This document shows positions 44,256 to 54,655 of a stretch of DNA of 64,000 nucleotides, one piece after another. The stretch spans positions 930,001 to 994,000 of the forward strand of contig CP074575.1 of NCBI GenBank assembly GCA_018394315.1. Direction: 5' to 3'. The position numbers and the translations under genes are program-made. The first letter of the stretch is position 1. Each line of letters starts with the position of its first letter. Under the pieces are notes generated by a model, which ran no database searches, was not told the DNA's origin, and was given only the letters and a program-made list of their open reading frames with translations. The DNA is from Mycoplasmatota bacterium. Lineage in GTDB: Bacteria; Bacillota_I; Bacilli_A; MAG-NZ.

Positions 44256-46049
44256 ATGAATAAACCTAAATATGGTGTATTTAGTAATATATTCTTTATT
44301 ACAAAGGGTATATTGCGAATAGATAGAATTCTACTGCTATCACTGATAGCTTTAATTTTTGCAATGGTAGTTCAGCCTATTATCATTATTTACATGCCCA
44401 AATTTATCATTCAATATTTTGAAGAGAACCGTCCGGTTAAGGATATATTATTACTTATATTTTATTTTGGAATTGTTTCATTGATTGTTGGGCAAATACG
44501 AAGCTTTGCTGATGGCTATTTCCCAAGAAAGAAATCTCACTTCCGCAGTATGAAATTGGGAGCAGAAATGAGTTTAGCATCTTTGCATGTAAATTATAAG
44601 TATCTATCATCTCAGCAGGGACAATTAGAAATTCGGAAAGCACGCCATGCAATGAGTCGGCCAACAACTGGTGTTGAGGATATGGTCGTTCGAATAGTGG
44701 AGTGCAGTGCCAATCTAATAGGTGCAATAATTTATGTCATTATTCTGTCTTCACTCGATCCATTAATCATAATAGGACTAATAGGCTGCGGTATTATCAG
44801 TTTTATTGCAGGAAACAGAGTTAATAAGTTTAGACAAAAGAACAAGGATACAATAAGTAAAATTCAAAAAAAGCATTATTATGTTATAGACACTACAAAA
44901 GACATAAAGTATGCAAAAGACATTAGAATGTATGGCATGTTTGATTTTCTTGTTAATTTAGGACAGAAATATATCAATAGTGAAATTAGCTGGGAAAAGA
45001 AAATATCATCACGTGTATTCATAAGTAGCATTGTTGATGGTATTATAGCATTTTTACGTGATGGATTTGCCTACATTTATTTAGTGTTTCTAGTGATTCA
45101 GGGCTCATTACCTGTATCCGAGTTTATTCTGTATATAGGTTCTATAGCGGGACTTTCTATGTGGATTAGTAACTTTGCTAATAATACAATAATACTTGCA
45201 GCAGATTCACTTGAGGTTTCAGATTATAGAGTATTTATGGATAAAGCAGAAGAGAGCCTTAACTCGAAGCTACCTGATAAAACTGTTGATGTACCTGTAT
45301 CAATTGAGTTACAGGATGTAAGTTTTGCATATGATGATCATATTATATTTGATAAATTTAATCTTAAAATAGAAAAAGGGAAAAAAGTAGCGTTGGTAGG
45401 TATTAACGGTGCGGGGAAATCTACTTTGATTAAACTCATATTAAATCTTCTAGAGCCTGACAACGGACAGATTTTATTAAATGGGATAGACTCAAAAGAA
45501 ATAGACATTAATAAATACCTTGAACAATTTTCCGTTGCTTTTCAGGATGCTTTAATCCTTGCTTACGGTATTGATGTCAATATCTCTATGAAATCTAGTG
45601 AGGAGACTGATCAAAATAAAGTTGACGATGTGATAAAACTTGCTGGACTTCAGGAGAAGGTAAATAGTCTAGAAAAAGGCAAATATACTAGTGTTGAAAA
45701 ATATTTAGATAGCAGTGGAACAGAACTCTCAGGAGGAGAGCGACAGAAACTTATATTAGCTCGTGCACTATACAAAAATGCCCCAATACTGATCTTGGAC
45801 GAGCCATCGTCTGCATTAGATCCTATAGCTGAGGCACAGTTATATGAGAAGTATCATGATATGACAAAAGATAAGACATCAATTTATATTTCACATCGTT
45901 TATCCAGTACTAAGTTCTGTGATGAAGTGCTACTGCTGGATAACGGTAATATTATAGAGCGTGGTACACATGAGGAGCTTATGCAGCTAAATGGTAAATA
46001 TGCTCATATGTTTGAAGTGCAAAGCCATTACTATAATGAAAAAAATTAG
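44256..46049 (+). CDS. ABC exporter half-transporter (TMD+NBD)
   Basis: 6-TM N-terminus; GINGAGKS, LSGGERQK, ILDEP, SHRLSS. Confidence 0.92.
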   Translation: MNKPKYGVFSNIFFITKGILRIDRILLLSLIALIFAMVVQPIIIIYMPKFIIQYFEENRPVKDILLLIFYFGIVSLIVGQIRSFADGYFPRKKSHFRSMKLGAEMSLASLHVNYKYLSSQQGQLEIRKARHAMSRPTTGVEDMVVRIVECSANLIGAIIYVIILSSLDPLIIIGLIGCGIISFIAGNRVNKFRQKNKDTISKIQKKHYYVIDTTKDIKYAKDIRMYGMFDFLVNLGQKYINSEISWEKKISSRVFISSIVDGIIAFLRDGFAYIYLVFLVIQGSLPVSEFILYIGSIAGLSMWISNFANNTIILAADSLEVSDYRVFMDKAEESLNSKLPDKTVDVPVSIELQDVSFAYDDHIIFDKFNLKIEKGKKVALVGINGAGKSTLIKLILNLLEPDNGQILLNGIDSKEIDINKYLEQFSVAFQDALILAYGIDVNISMKSSEETDQNKVDDVIKLAGLQEKVNSLEKGKYTSVEKYLDSSGTELSGGERQKLILARALYKNAPILILDEPSSALDPIAEAQLYEKYHDMTKDKTSIYISHRLSSTKFCDEVLLLDNGNIIERGTHEELMQLNGKYAHMFEVQSHYYNEKN

Positions 46050-46058
46050 AGGTAGTAT

Positions 46059-47921
46059 ATGAAAAGAAAGAATAAGAAAATTAAATTAAATTTGTCATCA
46101 GTAATTACTGCTTTGAAAAAGATTAATGAAATACGTAAAGAATATATAAGAGTGTTGTTTATTAATGCAGTTCTACAAGCGGCAAGACCATTTATACCTA
46201 TCATACTTTCTGCTAGAATATTGGATGAACTCCTAGGAGATAGAAACACTACAACACTTTTAACACTAGCATTAATACTAGTTGGATTAATGCTTGTAAC
46301 CCATGTACTACAGGGATATTTTACTAAAAGATATAATGATGAAACTATGCTTCTTACTAATAACTATTATTTCGAGCTGTCAAAAAAGAGTATGAAATTA
46401 GATTATGAGCAGATAGAGAAAAAGGAAACTTTGGATTTACTTCAGTTTATCCAAGAAGCAGGTAATAACTATATGGGAATATGGCATATCGCTGAATACT
46501 TACAAAAGGGCCTATTAGCAATATTAGAGATCATCATTGCAACTAGTCTGATAATGACCATGTTTACTAACAACGTCAACACATTAGTTGATGAAAACTT
46601 ATCATTTATCCAATCACCGATTACTTTTATTATTCTTGGATTGTTACTTCTGACCGGCATAATTATTATTAGTATTATCCAGGGGAAACTAGGAAAAATT
46701 GCTGCTGATGATGTGAAGAGTGGTGTTGGATCAAATAGAATATTTGGATATTTATTCTTTCATGTTAGCTATAATTATGAGAATGGTAAAGATATAAGAT
46801 TATACAGTGCACAAAATATGCTTAATGAAAAAATCAGGAATTTCGTCGAACCTAACTGTCAAGTTTCTGTAGATAACTTTATTAAACCTAATGCAAAGTA
46901 TTTATCGTTACTCAATCTTGTCAATGTTATAATGTTGGTCGCTGTCTATATGTTTATAACCTTAAAAGCATATATTGGTGCAATCACAGTCGGAGCCATC
47001 TTTATACAGATAAACGCTATTATGAAGTTGTATCAATCAATAGGAAGCTCTTTAAAGCAATATAATATGTTAAAAGCCGCTTGTGAACATTTTAAAAACA
47101 GTATTCAGTATTTTGATCTACCAGAGATGAAAAAAATAGGTACAAAAAAAGTTAATCTAGATGATGAATTAATATTTGAGTTTAAAAACGTATCTTTTAT
47201 GTACCCATCAACAGATACTTTAGTTCTTGACAATATAAATTTGACAATTAATTCAGGTGAGAGGTTGGCTGTCGTTGGTATGAATGGTGCTGGTAAGACA
47301 ACAATGATAAAGCTTTTATGTAGGCTATATGATCCGACAGAGGGCATCATTACACTAAACGGCATTGATATCAGGCAGTATGACTTCGATGACTACATCA
47401 AACTATTTTCAGTGGTATTTCAAGACTTTAGATTATTTTCGTTTAATGTTGACCAAAACGTTGCATCCAGTGAAACTGTGGATCAGAATAAACTGGAGGA
47501 ATGCTTAAACAATTCAGGGCTTGGAAACATCGCTGAGGAGTTGAATGGTGATTATCAGGTATCAGTAGGTAAGAATTTTGATGAGGATGGTAGGGATTTT
47601 TCAGGTGGAGAAAAACAAAAATTAGCTATAGCAAGAGCATTATATAAGGATGCACCTATTGTTGTGTTGGATGAACCAACTGCTGCATTAGACCCTATTG
47701 CAGAGTTTGAGATTTACTCGAAATTTAATAAACTAGTAGGAGATAAAGCTGCAGTTTTTATTTCTCATAGATTATCGTCATGTAAATTTTGTCATAACAT
47801 TGCGGTATTTGATAATGGGCATATTGTTCAGTTCGGAAGTCATGATTCACTGTTATCAAACTCTGAAGGAAAGTATTACGAACTCTGGAATGTGCAAGCA
47901 GAGCACTATATTTACGATTAG
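46059..47921 (+). CDS. ABC exporter half-transporter (TMD+NBD), probable heterodimer partner
   Basis: GMNGAGKT, FSGGEKQK, LDEPTAALDP; 9 bp after partner. Confidence 0.92.
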   Translation: MKRKNKKIKLNLSSVITALKKINEIRKEYIRVLFINAVLQAARPFIPIILSARILDELLGDRNTTTLLTLALILVGLMLVTHVLQGYFTKRYNDETMLLTNNYYFELSKKSMKLDYEQIEKKETLDLLQFIQEAGNNYMGIWHIAEYLQKGLLAILEIIIATSLIMTMFTNNVNTLVDENLSFIQSPITFIILGLLLLTGIIIISIIQGKLGKIAADDVKSGVGSNRIFGYLFFHVSYNYENGKDIRLYSAQNMLNEKIRNFVEPNCQVSVDNFIKPNAKYLSLLNLVNVIMLVAVYMFITLKAYIGAITVGAIFIQINAIMKLYQSIGSSLKQYNMLKAACEHFKNSIQYFDLPEMKKIGTKKVNLDDELIFEFKNVSFMYPSTDTLVLDNINLTINSGERLAVVGMNGAGKTTMIKLLCRLYDPTEGIITLNGIDIRQYDFDDYIKLFSVVFQDFRLFSFNVDQNVASSETVDQNKLEECLNNSGLGNIAEELNGDYQVSVGKNFDEDGRDFSGGEKQKLAIARALYKDAPIVVLDEPTAALDPIAEFEIYSKFNKLVGDKAAVFISHRLSSCKFCHNIAVFDNGHIVQFGSHDSLLSNSEGKYYELWNVQAEHYIYD

Positions 47922-48047
47922 AGTATATTCATATAGCCTAGATGGCAACTTAGCACACTGAGGCTGGTTACTCTAAATGGGTGATTTATAACTTCTGTAA
48001 TATCACTAATGGAAATAATGATTTGATTTAAAACATATAATTACGCT

Positions 48048-48074
48048 TAAAGAAGAACAGTTGTGTTCTTCTTT
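48048..48074. terminator. hairpin/terminator
   Basis: AAAGAAGAACA-gttg-TGTTCTTCTTT. Confidence 0.55.
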
Positions 48075-48205
48075 ATTGATGTTATATTTTATTTGTGTGC
48101 TGACTAATGGACGCCTTCTGTATACCTTGTCGGATTAAGATGATTAGTAATAATTGTTTAAAATAATGAACATGATATAATTTATTAAGGATGAGGTGAT
48201 GATCC

Positions 48206-48817
48206 ATGTTAAGAACATTACTAGTTATTTTTTCATTGTTTTTTTTAACGGCTTGTAAAGATAATATATTTGGTCCAGTTGAGGTGACGGGTGTAAGTAT
48301 TAAAGAAATGTCTACTAAGCTGGAAATTGTGATTGATTGGGATGAAGGATATGTGACTACTTCAAAAGTATACGTAGATGTATACCCAAGTAATGCTGAT
48401 AATAAAAAAGTTTTCTATACATCAAGTAATGAAGATGTAGCGAAAATAACAGAAGAAGGAGTGATACATCCAGAAAGACCTGGAACTACTGAAATTGTAG
48501 TTACAACTGAGGATGGAGGATTTTCTGATTCGATAGAGATTGCTGTAGAAACTGTGTATAAAAATAATGCTCCAATCATAGAAGGTACATCTGATTTTGT
48601 TATTACTGTTGGTAGTGATTTGCCTGATTTTCTTGATGGTGTTAGCGTTTGGGATGATTTAGATCCTAATTTAATCGAATCACTAGAAGTTGACTCTAGT
48701 TTAGTTGATGTGAATACAGTAGGAAAATATATTGTAATATATAAAGTAGTGGATTCTGGTAATCTTGGAAACCGTAAAGTAGTTACTGTTACCGTCAAAG
48801 AAGCAGGAATAGACTAA
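48206..48817 (+). CDS. lipoprotein with Big_2-like and DUF5011-like Ig domains
   Basis: lipobox LTAC; P.NA.NK.V.YTSS..VA.I, TTEDGG; APIIEG, GV...DD.D, VD.N.VG.Y.V.Y. Confidence 0.8.
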   Translation: MLRTLLVIFSLFFLTACKDNIFGPVEVTGVSIKEMSTKLEIVIDWDEGYVTTSKVYVDVYPSNADNKKVFYTSSNEDVAKITEEGVIHPERPGTTEIVVTTEDGGFSDSIEIAVETVYKNNAPIIEGTSDFVITVGSDLPDFLDGVSVWDDLDPNLIESLEVDSSLVDVNTVGKYIVIYKVVDSGNLGNRKVVTVTVKEAGID

Positions 48818-48859
48818 AATGAACAACAAAGGAAATAGTTTCCGATTTTAATAACTGTC
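48768..48859 (+). repeat. direct repeat copy 1 (92 bp)
   Basis: matches 49648-49741 with ~5 substitutions and a 2-nt indel. Confidence 0.95.
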
Positions 48860-48934
48860 TAACTGATATTGAACACCTTTTTAGTTACAGATTGAACATG
48901 TGATAGTATTAGAGTAAATCTAAAGGAGACCTGT

Positions 48935-49486
48935 ATGAAAATATTTTATATCGGTATACTAATGATATTATTGATGTTAATAAGTGGTTGTGATCAGAAT
49001 GAAAATACTACTGATTTCTTAAGTAATTATGATAGTACCAAATACGTCAGTTATACTAACGATGATGGTGTGTTTAAAGTAACCTTGTTTATTCAAGAAG
49101 GTCCCTATTATCATGATAAACATATAAATATCTATTCGACGTTAGAATATTTTGGTGATAAGGAATTAGTAGAGATCTGGCATGGTATACCCTATTTTAG
49201 TTATGCGATCTTTGATGAAAAAGATTATTATAGTGAAGCTATAACTTTTACTATTTTAAAGAGGACAGTATTAGAATAGGGAGTTATTTATACTATTCCG
49301 TTCAAAAAAGCTGGTGGTTATTCACAAGACGACCCAGATGCTGATTTTTGGGAAGTATATTATAATGATAAAGAGCTAAAGTTACCTACTGGAGAATATC
49401 AAATAACTGCTTCTTGTGATTTTTGGTTAACACAAGGTGGTTCTTCCTATGAAAATAGTATTATGATTGAAATTGAAGTAAATTAA
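48935..49486 (+). pseudogene. lipoprotein with in-frame TAG
   Basis: lipobox ISGC; frame continues after TAG 49277-49279 (GVIYTIPFKKAGGYSQDDPDADFW...LPTGEY) to TAA 49486. Confidence 0.8.
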
Positions 49487-49647
49487 CTTCAATTTTTTAC
49501 TTTAAATAATTTGATAGCATCATGAATTACGCGTCTTTCCGATCTCCAACACCGTTAGCATTCCTCATTCTACCAACCGCTTCCTTGAAATAAAGATACT
49601 TATAGTGTATAGTGTAAGAAATATTAGAAATTGTGATTAATAGGGAA

Positions 49648-49741
49648 GAAACCGTAAGGTAGTTACTGTTACCGTCAAAGAAGCAGAATTAGATTAAAAT
49701 GAACAACAAAAAGGAAATAGTTTCCGAATTTAATAACTGTC
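49648..49741 (+). repeat. direct repeat copy 2 (94 bp)
   Basis: second copy of the 3' end of the 48206 gene plus downstream DNA. Confidence 0.95.
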
Positions 49742-49832
49742 AAAATTGATGGTAAACCACTTAAAGAACTAAATTCTGAAATAATGAAGTTACTTACTAA
49801 TAAAACTTTTAATCGGACAAGAGGTAATATAA

Positions 49833-50786
49833 ATGAAATATAATAGCTATAGTCAATTAGAAGAAGATTTTAAAGTACTAATCGAACAAGAAAAATATAT
49901 CGAAGCAGTAAATTTATTGGGAAAAGCATCTAAACTTCTCCCCATTAAGGAGTTTGAGGAAAACTATTTTGACATTGTGTTTGGTAGAGCACGGTTTTTA
50001 ACAAACTGTAAATTGTATGAACAGTGTATAAAGATTTTAATTAATTTAGTCGACCAGGGGTATGCATGTCCATTGAATTGGGAACGTTTTGAACCTTTAA
50101 AAAATGATATAAGATATGACGAACTTAAACAAAAGAACGAACAATTAATAAAGTGGATTGGAAGAAAATCAAAGCCAACATATGTCGTTCATCTCCCAGA
50201 AGGGTATACTGAAAATAAAGAGTATCCATTGTTTATTAACCTTCATGGAGATGGAGAAAACATAAAAAATCACAGCAGTTATTGGAAACCCAGTACGTTT
50301 CTTAAAAGAGATTTTATTGTTGTATATCCTCAATCCTCACAGGTGGCATATCACAATTCTTTTGGATGGCTTGAAAATCCTCTTAAAGCCAGAAGTGAAG
50401 TCAAAGATGTATTTAATCTAGTGTCACAGCAATACTCAATAGATGAAGATTATATAATTATTGGTGGCTTTTCTGGTGGAGCGATAACAGCCTTAGATAT
50501 TACATTGGCTAATGAGTTTCCTGTTAAGGGCTTTATTGCTTTATGCCCATCAAAAACACCACAATCATTTACAAAACAAAATGTTAAGTACGCTAGTGAT
50601 AAGGGTATAAAGGGTGTATTCATGGAAGGGGAATATAATATACCAGTACCCGATGAAGAAGAAATGATTAATGTGTTTAAAGAAGTAGGATTATCATATC
50701 AATACTATATTAATAAGAAAATAGGACATTGGTATCCAAAAGATTTTAGTCAGAAATTAGAAGAAGCATTGAAGTTTATACTATAG
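49833..50786 (+). CDS. alpha/beta hydrolase (esterase-like) with helical N-terminal domain
   Basis: LFINLHG, YPQS, GGFSGGA nucleophile motif, GHWYP. Confidence 0.78.
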   Translation: MKYNSYSQLEEDFKVLIEQEKYIEAVNLLGKASKLLPIKEFEENYFDIVFGRARFLTNCKLYEQCIKILINLVDQGYACPLNWERFEPLKNDIRYDELKQKNEQLIKWIGRKSKPTYVVHLPEGYTENKEYPLFINLHGDGENIKNHSSYWKPSTFLKRDFIVVYPQSSQVAYHNSFGWLENPLKARSEVKDVFNLVSQQYSIDEDYIIIGGFSGGAITALDITLANEFPVKGFIALCPSKTPQSFTKQNVKYASDKGIKGVFMEGEYNIPVPDEEEMINVFKEVGLSYQYYINKKIGHWYPKDFSQKLEEALKFIL

Positions 50787-51061
50787 ATATATAATATTTT
50801 TTTCCTTCTTTACTCCTTAACAAGATAATTTTGAGAACGATTATCGATATTTAATCTAAAAGGAATCCTCATAAGTAGAAGATTGATTTAGGAAGGCTTT
50901 ATTACTTTCCTAGTAAGATAAGAAAGAGCATCCATCAAAGGATTGAAAATCCATGCTACAGTTTTTCCTAAAAGAAATGAAAAGTAGACATAGTTCGACA
51001 ACCTTCGTTGTAACATTATTGATATACTATTTAGGAAAAAAAAGCGAGAGGAGTGTTAATT

Positions 51062-51295
51062 ATGAAAATGACGTTTGGTTTTCTATACTTAATTTTAGGA
51101 GGAGCACTTATAATTTATGGATTAATAATTTCGCGACGAGCAAATACTTATTATACGAAAAACCCTAATAAAGTAAATATTGGAGCAGTTATAAGCGTAG
51201 CAGGAATATTAGTAATGATGGTTGGAATTAGCTTCTTTACGGAATATTTATCCCCGCCTTGGGTAGATAAGTATTGGAACCGTTTAACGAATTAA
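51062..51295 (+). CDS. small 2-TM hypothetical protein
   Basis: RBS GAGGAG; two hydrophobic stretches. Confidence 0.55.
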   Translation: MKMTFGFLYLILGGALIIYGLIISRRANTYYTKNPNKVNIGAVISVAGILVMMVGISFFTEYLSPPWVDKYWNRLTN

Positions 51296-51351
51296 TTATG
51301 TCAGTATAATATGATATACTGCTTATAGAGATCTGCATTACAAGAGGGATT

Positions 51352-51527
51352 ATGAAGAGAGTAAGTATTACATATGAAAGATTAGGTGGTATTTTTCTTG
51401 TATTACTTCTATTACTAGATAAACTATATATATTTCAGTCATTGAACTTATATTTTTTTTTAACTTAAGTTTGTTGATTTATTTAGCAACGATATTTCTA
51501 ATTAAAATTTGGTCAGTGGCGCATTAG
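51352..51527 (+). pseudogene. degraded small membrane-protein gene, frameshift at T9 tract
   Basis: RBS GAGGG, ATG 51352, hydrophobic frame stops after T9 (51453-51461); hydrophobic sequence resumes in another frame. Confidence 0.35.
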
Positions 51528-51614
51528 GATTAATATGGCTCTTAATCCTTATATCTGATATCTACTAGTTTTTTAGAAGCCGTGTATCTAAACTGTATTC
51601 AATGGAGGGTCTTT

Positions 51615-51863
51615 TTGAAGAGAGTGAGAGCAAATTTATTAAGAGTGTTGGAATCGAATGACAAATTATTAAAAATAATCTGGATTTATTTTTGGGTGAT
51701 CTCAATAGGTGTTTTTATTTATAGTTTTGCATTTATAGGCTCAAGTGTTATGTTAGTTGCACTGATTGAATTATTTTGGTTTTGGGTAAAAAATGTATTT
51801 TGTATATTAGTTCTTTACTTGCTAGTTACTATAAGAATGAATTTAAGGGAAAAAGATTTATAG
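51615..51863 (+). CDS. small membrane hypothetical protein
   Basis: RBS GGAGGG before TTG 51615; hydrophobic. Confidence 0.5.
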   Translation: MKRVRANLLRVLESNDKLLKIIWIYFWVISIGVFIYSFAFIGSSVMLVALIELFWFWVKNVFCILVLYLLVTIRMNLREKDL

Positions 51864-52005
51864 GATTAAGCAAATCATTTTAAAGAAAGAATGTCATTGC
51901 TTAAACGCTGACTGAAGCTCAATAAATTAGTTATATGTAAAGGAGATATGATATTCTACTCTCCTTTATTTAGCAAAGTATAATTATATAAGGGTGGTGA
52001 GTTTA

Positions 52006-52896
52006 ATGAAAAAAGTATTACTTTTAATATTTATGTTTTTATTAACAGCCTGTGATAAAACAACTGAAACTAATTTTAATAAAGATTGTAATGAAGATGT
52101 TTGTGCGTTTGCTGAATTTAATAGATATGAGCAGGGAACAATGGTTGTTGATGTAAAGTGGATAAACAACAATGAATATAGAGTAGGACCTGGAGAAGCT
52201 TACACTTTACAAAAGAAAGTAAATTTGAACTGGAAAACAATAAGAAAAGATCCATTAAGGGATAACGACGGAGTTAGAGGCTTTATGGACCCGAATAGTA
52301 CAGAAGTTCATAAGTATTCTTTATATAAGTTTACCGACGGTTTAACAAAAGGAAAGTATAGAATTGTTACTGATTTCTTAACTTTAGAAGATAACGGAAC
52401 AATAAAGCGTGACATGGAAATATACTTTGAATCGACTAGTGAAGGTATAGTAGACCCAAGCTTAGAAAATCAAGAAAAGTATTGGGAAGAAGCAGAACAA
52501 AAGTATGATGAATTAATTGGTATATCAATGGATATAGAAAAAGATACTTATGAACAGGGTGTTATGGAAGTGAAGGCTATTATTACTAATGAGATTGATG
52601 ATGAATTTACCTATGGAGAAAGCTTTTCTATAGAAAAGAAAATTGAAGGCGTTTGGAAAAATGTAATAAAGGATTTGAAATTTGAAGGGGTTCCGTTCAT
52701 TGACATTGGTTACTTTTTTGATAACAATACTAATGTGGAGTATAAGTATAACTTAAATCCTTATACACATGGTTTAAATGCGGGTGAATATAGAATCAAG
52801 ACTGATGTGATTAGAGATACAGTAGACGGAAAAGAAAACAAGGTCGATATTCATGATAGATTATTCCAAGTATATGGATACTTTGAAGTTAGGTAG
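52006..52896 (+). CDS. lipoprotein with two tandem Ig-like repeats
   Basis: lipobox LTAC; internal repeat YEQG..V....N......GE.(Y/F)...KK....WK...L..G.YRI.TD twice. Confidence 0.8.
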   Translation: MKKVLLLIFMFLLTACDKTTETNFNKDCNEDVCAFAEFNRYEQGTMVVDVKWINNNEYRVGPGEAYTLQKKVNLNWKTIRKDPLRDNDGVRGFMDPNSTEVHKYSLYKFTDGLTKGKYRIVTDFLTLEDNGTIKRDMEIYFESTSEGIVDPSLENQEKYWEEAEQKYDELIGISMDIEKDTYEQGVMEVKAIITNEIDDEFTYGESFSIEKKIEGVWKNVIKDLKFEGVPFIDIGYFFDNNTNVEYKYNLNPYTHGLNAGEYRIKTDVIRDTVDGKENKVDIHDRLFQVYGYFEVR

Positions 52897-53040
52897 TGTC
52901 TTATATGAACATCTATTATTCAATAAGAATGGGTGATGCTTTAAAAGCGGTTTGGGATGGAACTACGACTTTAGAAGAACCACAAGTTGAGATTGTATCA
53001 CTTGATGATGCTTGAATGGAAGAATACAATAAATAACACT

Positions 53041-53068
53041 GGTAGACATAGTCTACCGTTTCTTTTTT
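53041..53068 (+). terminator. intrinsic terminator before the jet operon
   Basis: GGTAGAC-ata-GTCTACC followed by T-rich tract. Confidence 0.7.
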
Positions 53069-53224
53069 GTGATTAAATTTTTCACGATATTTTATATTGT
53101 TTTTTGCTTTTTGAATAATGCTAAATATTAGAAATTTTTTAAAGAATTACTTGTTAATTAATGATATAATATAATGAAATGAGTGTTATGTTGGTAAGAT
53201 TTGTCAAACTTAGGAAGTGATTTA

Positions 53225-54655
53225 ATGAACATATTTGATGTAATACCTGAAAAGTTTTTTTCGCTCTTAGCGTCAAAGAATAAGGTCATTTACAGTAAGT
53301 GTATAAAACTGATTTTTGATAGAACTAAAAATGAAGTTTCTTTCAGTTATTCTAGAAGTGATGTTGTTGAAGATATCGTTGAGGTGTTAGAAAATGAACA
53401 TTTGAGCGATTTTGATGAAATTGAAGATGTTAAGACGCATTCATATAAAGATAAAGCTAATGTTATTTTAAGGAAACTTAAAGAATATGGTTGGATTATT
53501 GAGGGACTAAATACTGATTATACAAAAACAATTTTCTTTCCAACCTATGCATTACCTTTTATAGATGCAATAGATAATATTTATGAAAATACGCAGCAAG
53601 TTATATCTTTTGATAATGATGATACTTATACAGAATTTAACTATTCTACTAAAGTTGAAATCGAAGGTTATGCTTATACAATTTACTCATTACTTAATAA
53701 TACTTCGAATTTAAAGAAGAGCACTGTTTTACTACAAACTACAGAAAATATTAAGTTGTTACTTAATTCACTTAAACAACTTAACTATAAAATTAAGTCA
53801 TACTCAGATAGTGTAAAAATATTAACAAATATTGAGGATGCGATTAGAGATTTCTTCACTGAATATACTCAAGAAGTTTTATATAAGAATTATCATAAGA
53901 TCAAAACACTAGATAATATCAGTAAGTATAGAAGTAAAATAATTACTAATTTATCTAGTAAATTAAGAAATGATTTATTTATAAAAACTGTCTCAAAAGA
54001 GCTAGTCTCAAATGATTATTTTGAGACAGTGACTATTGCTTCAGAGAAAGTAAGAGAGATGCTCCATTTTTGTATAGATTCTTTACAAAATGTTGACGAA
54101 ATAGTGAAAGTTATCGAAGAAGAAAACTATATGTATACAAATATAATTCTAAAGAAGACGAAATTCATGATTAAGAATTATGACGATGGAGAAGGTTATT
54201 TAAAGTCGATTCTTAAAAAAGTAGTTGAAGATATCAAAAAGGAAGAAGAGTATGAATTACCTGAGTACTTTGATAAATTGTTTACATTATTTTCAGCTAA
54301 TTATATCGATAACGAGTCATTATATAAACCAAGAAAAACTAGAACAGTATTTAAGCAATCTAGAATAGCGGTTGATGAAAAAATAAATATTGTAGATATA
54401 AATATATTAGATAAACTTAGTAGTTCTGGTCATTCGCTTAAATTTATAGATAAATATGTAACTGAGTTACTTGGTGAAAAGATAGAGATTAAAATTGAGG
54501 AAATTCCACTTAATACAATTTCTGATTTCATAATACTGATCTATATGATTATATACGCATCGAAAAGCGACAAATATTCGGTTGATTATTTTGATGATGA
54601 AATAATTGTTAATGGCGTTAAATTTAGAAAATTTTCAGTTAGGGGGAACTCTTAA
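53225..54655 (+). CDS. jetA: Wadjet JetA/MksF-like kleisin (DUF5716-like)
   Basis: N-terminal F..IP..FF..LAS.N...Y, IL.KL.EYGWI winged-helix pattern; first gene of kleisin-KITE-SMC operon. Confidence 0.75.
   Translation: MNIFDVIPEKFFSLLASKNKVIYSKCIKLIFDRTKNEVSFSYSRSDVVEDIVEVLENEHLSDFDEIEDVKTHSYKDKANVILRKLKEYGWIIEGLNTDYTKTIFFPTYALPFIDAIDNIYENTQQVISFDNDDTYTEFNYSTKVEIEGYAYTIYSLLNNTSNLKKSTVLLQTTENIKLLLNSLKQLNYKIKSYSDSVKILTNIEDAIRDFFTEYTQEVLYKNYHKIKTLDNISKYRSKIITNLSSKLRNDLFIKTVSKELVSNDYFETVTIASEKVREMLHFCIDSLQNVDEIVKVIEEENYMYTNIILKKTKFMIKNYDDGEGYLKSILKKVVEDIKKEEEYELPEYFDKLFTLFSANYIDNESLYKPRKTRTVFKQSRIAVDEKINIVDINILDKLSSSGHSLKFIDKYVTELLGEKIEIKIEEIPLNTISDFIILIYMIIYASKSDKYSVDYFDDEIIVNGVKFRKFSVRGNS

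Noticed and set aside
51994..53015. Candidate jetD upstream of jetA
   Set aside because: The ORF there is a lipoprotein with Ig-like repeats, followed only by a 36-codon fragment (52905-53015); no TOPRIM motifs.
39230..53070. Integron/CALIN cassette array
   Set aside because: Genes are co-oriented, but I found no recurring attC-like (RYYYAAC...GTTRRRY) or other shared spacer motif and no integron integrase.
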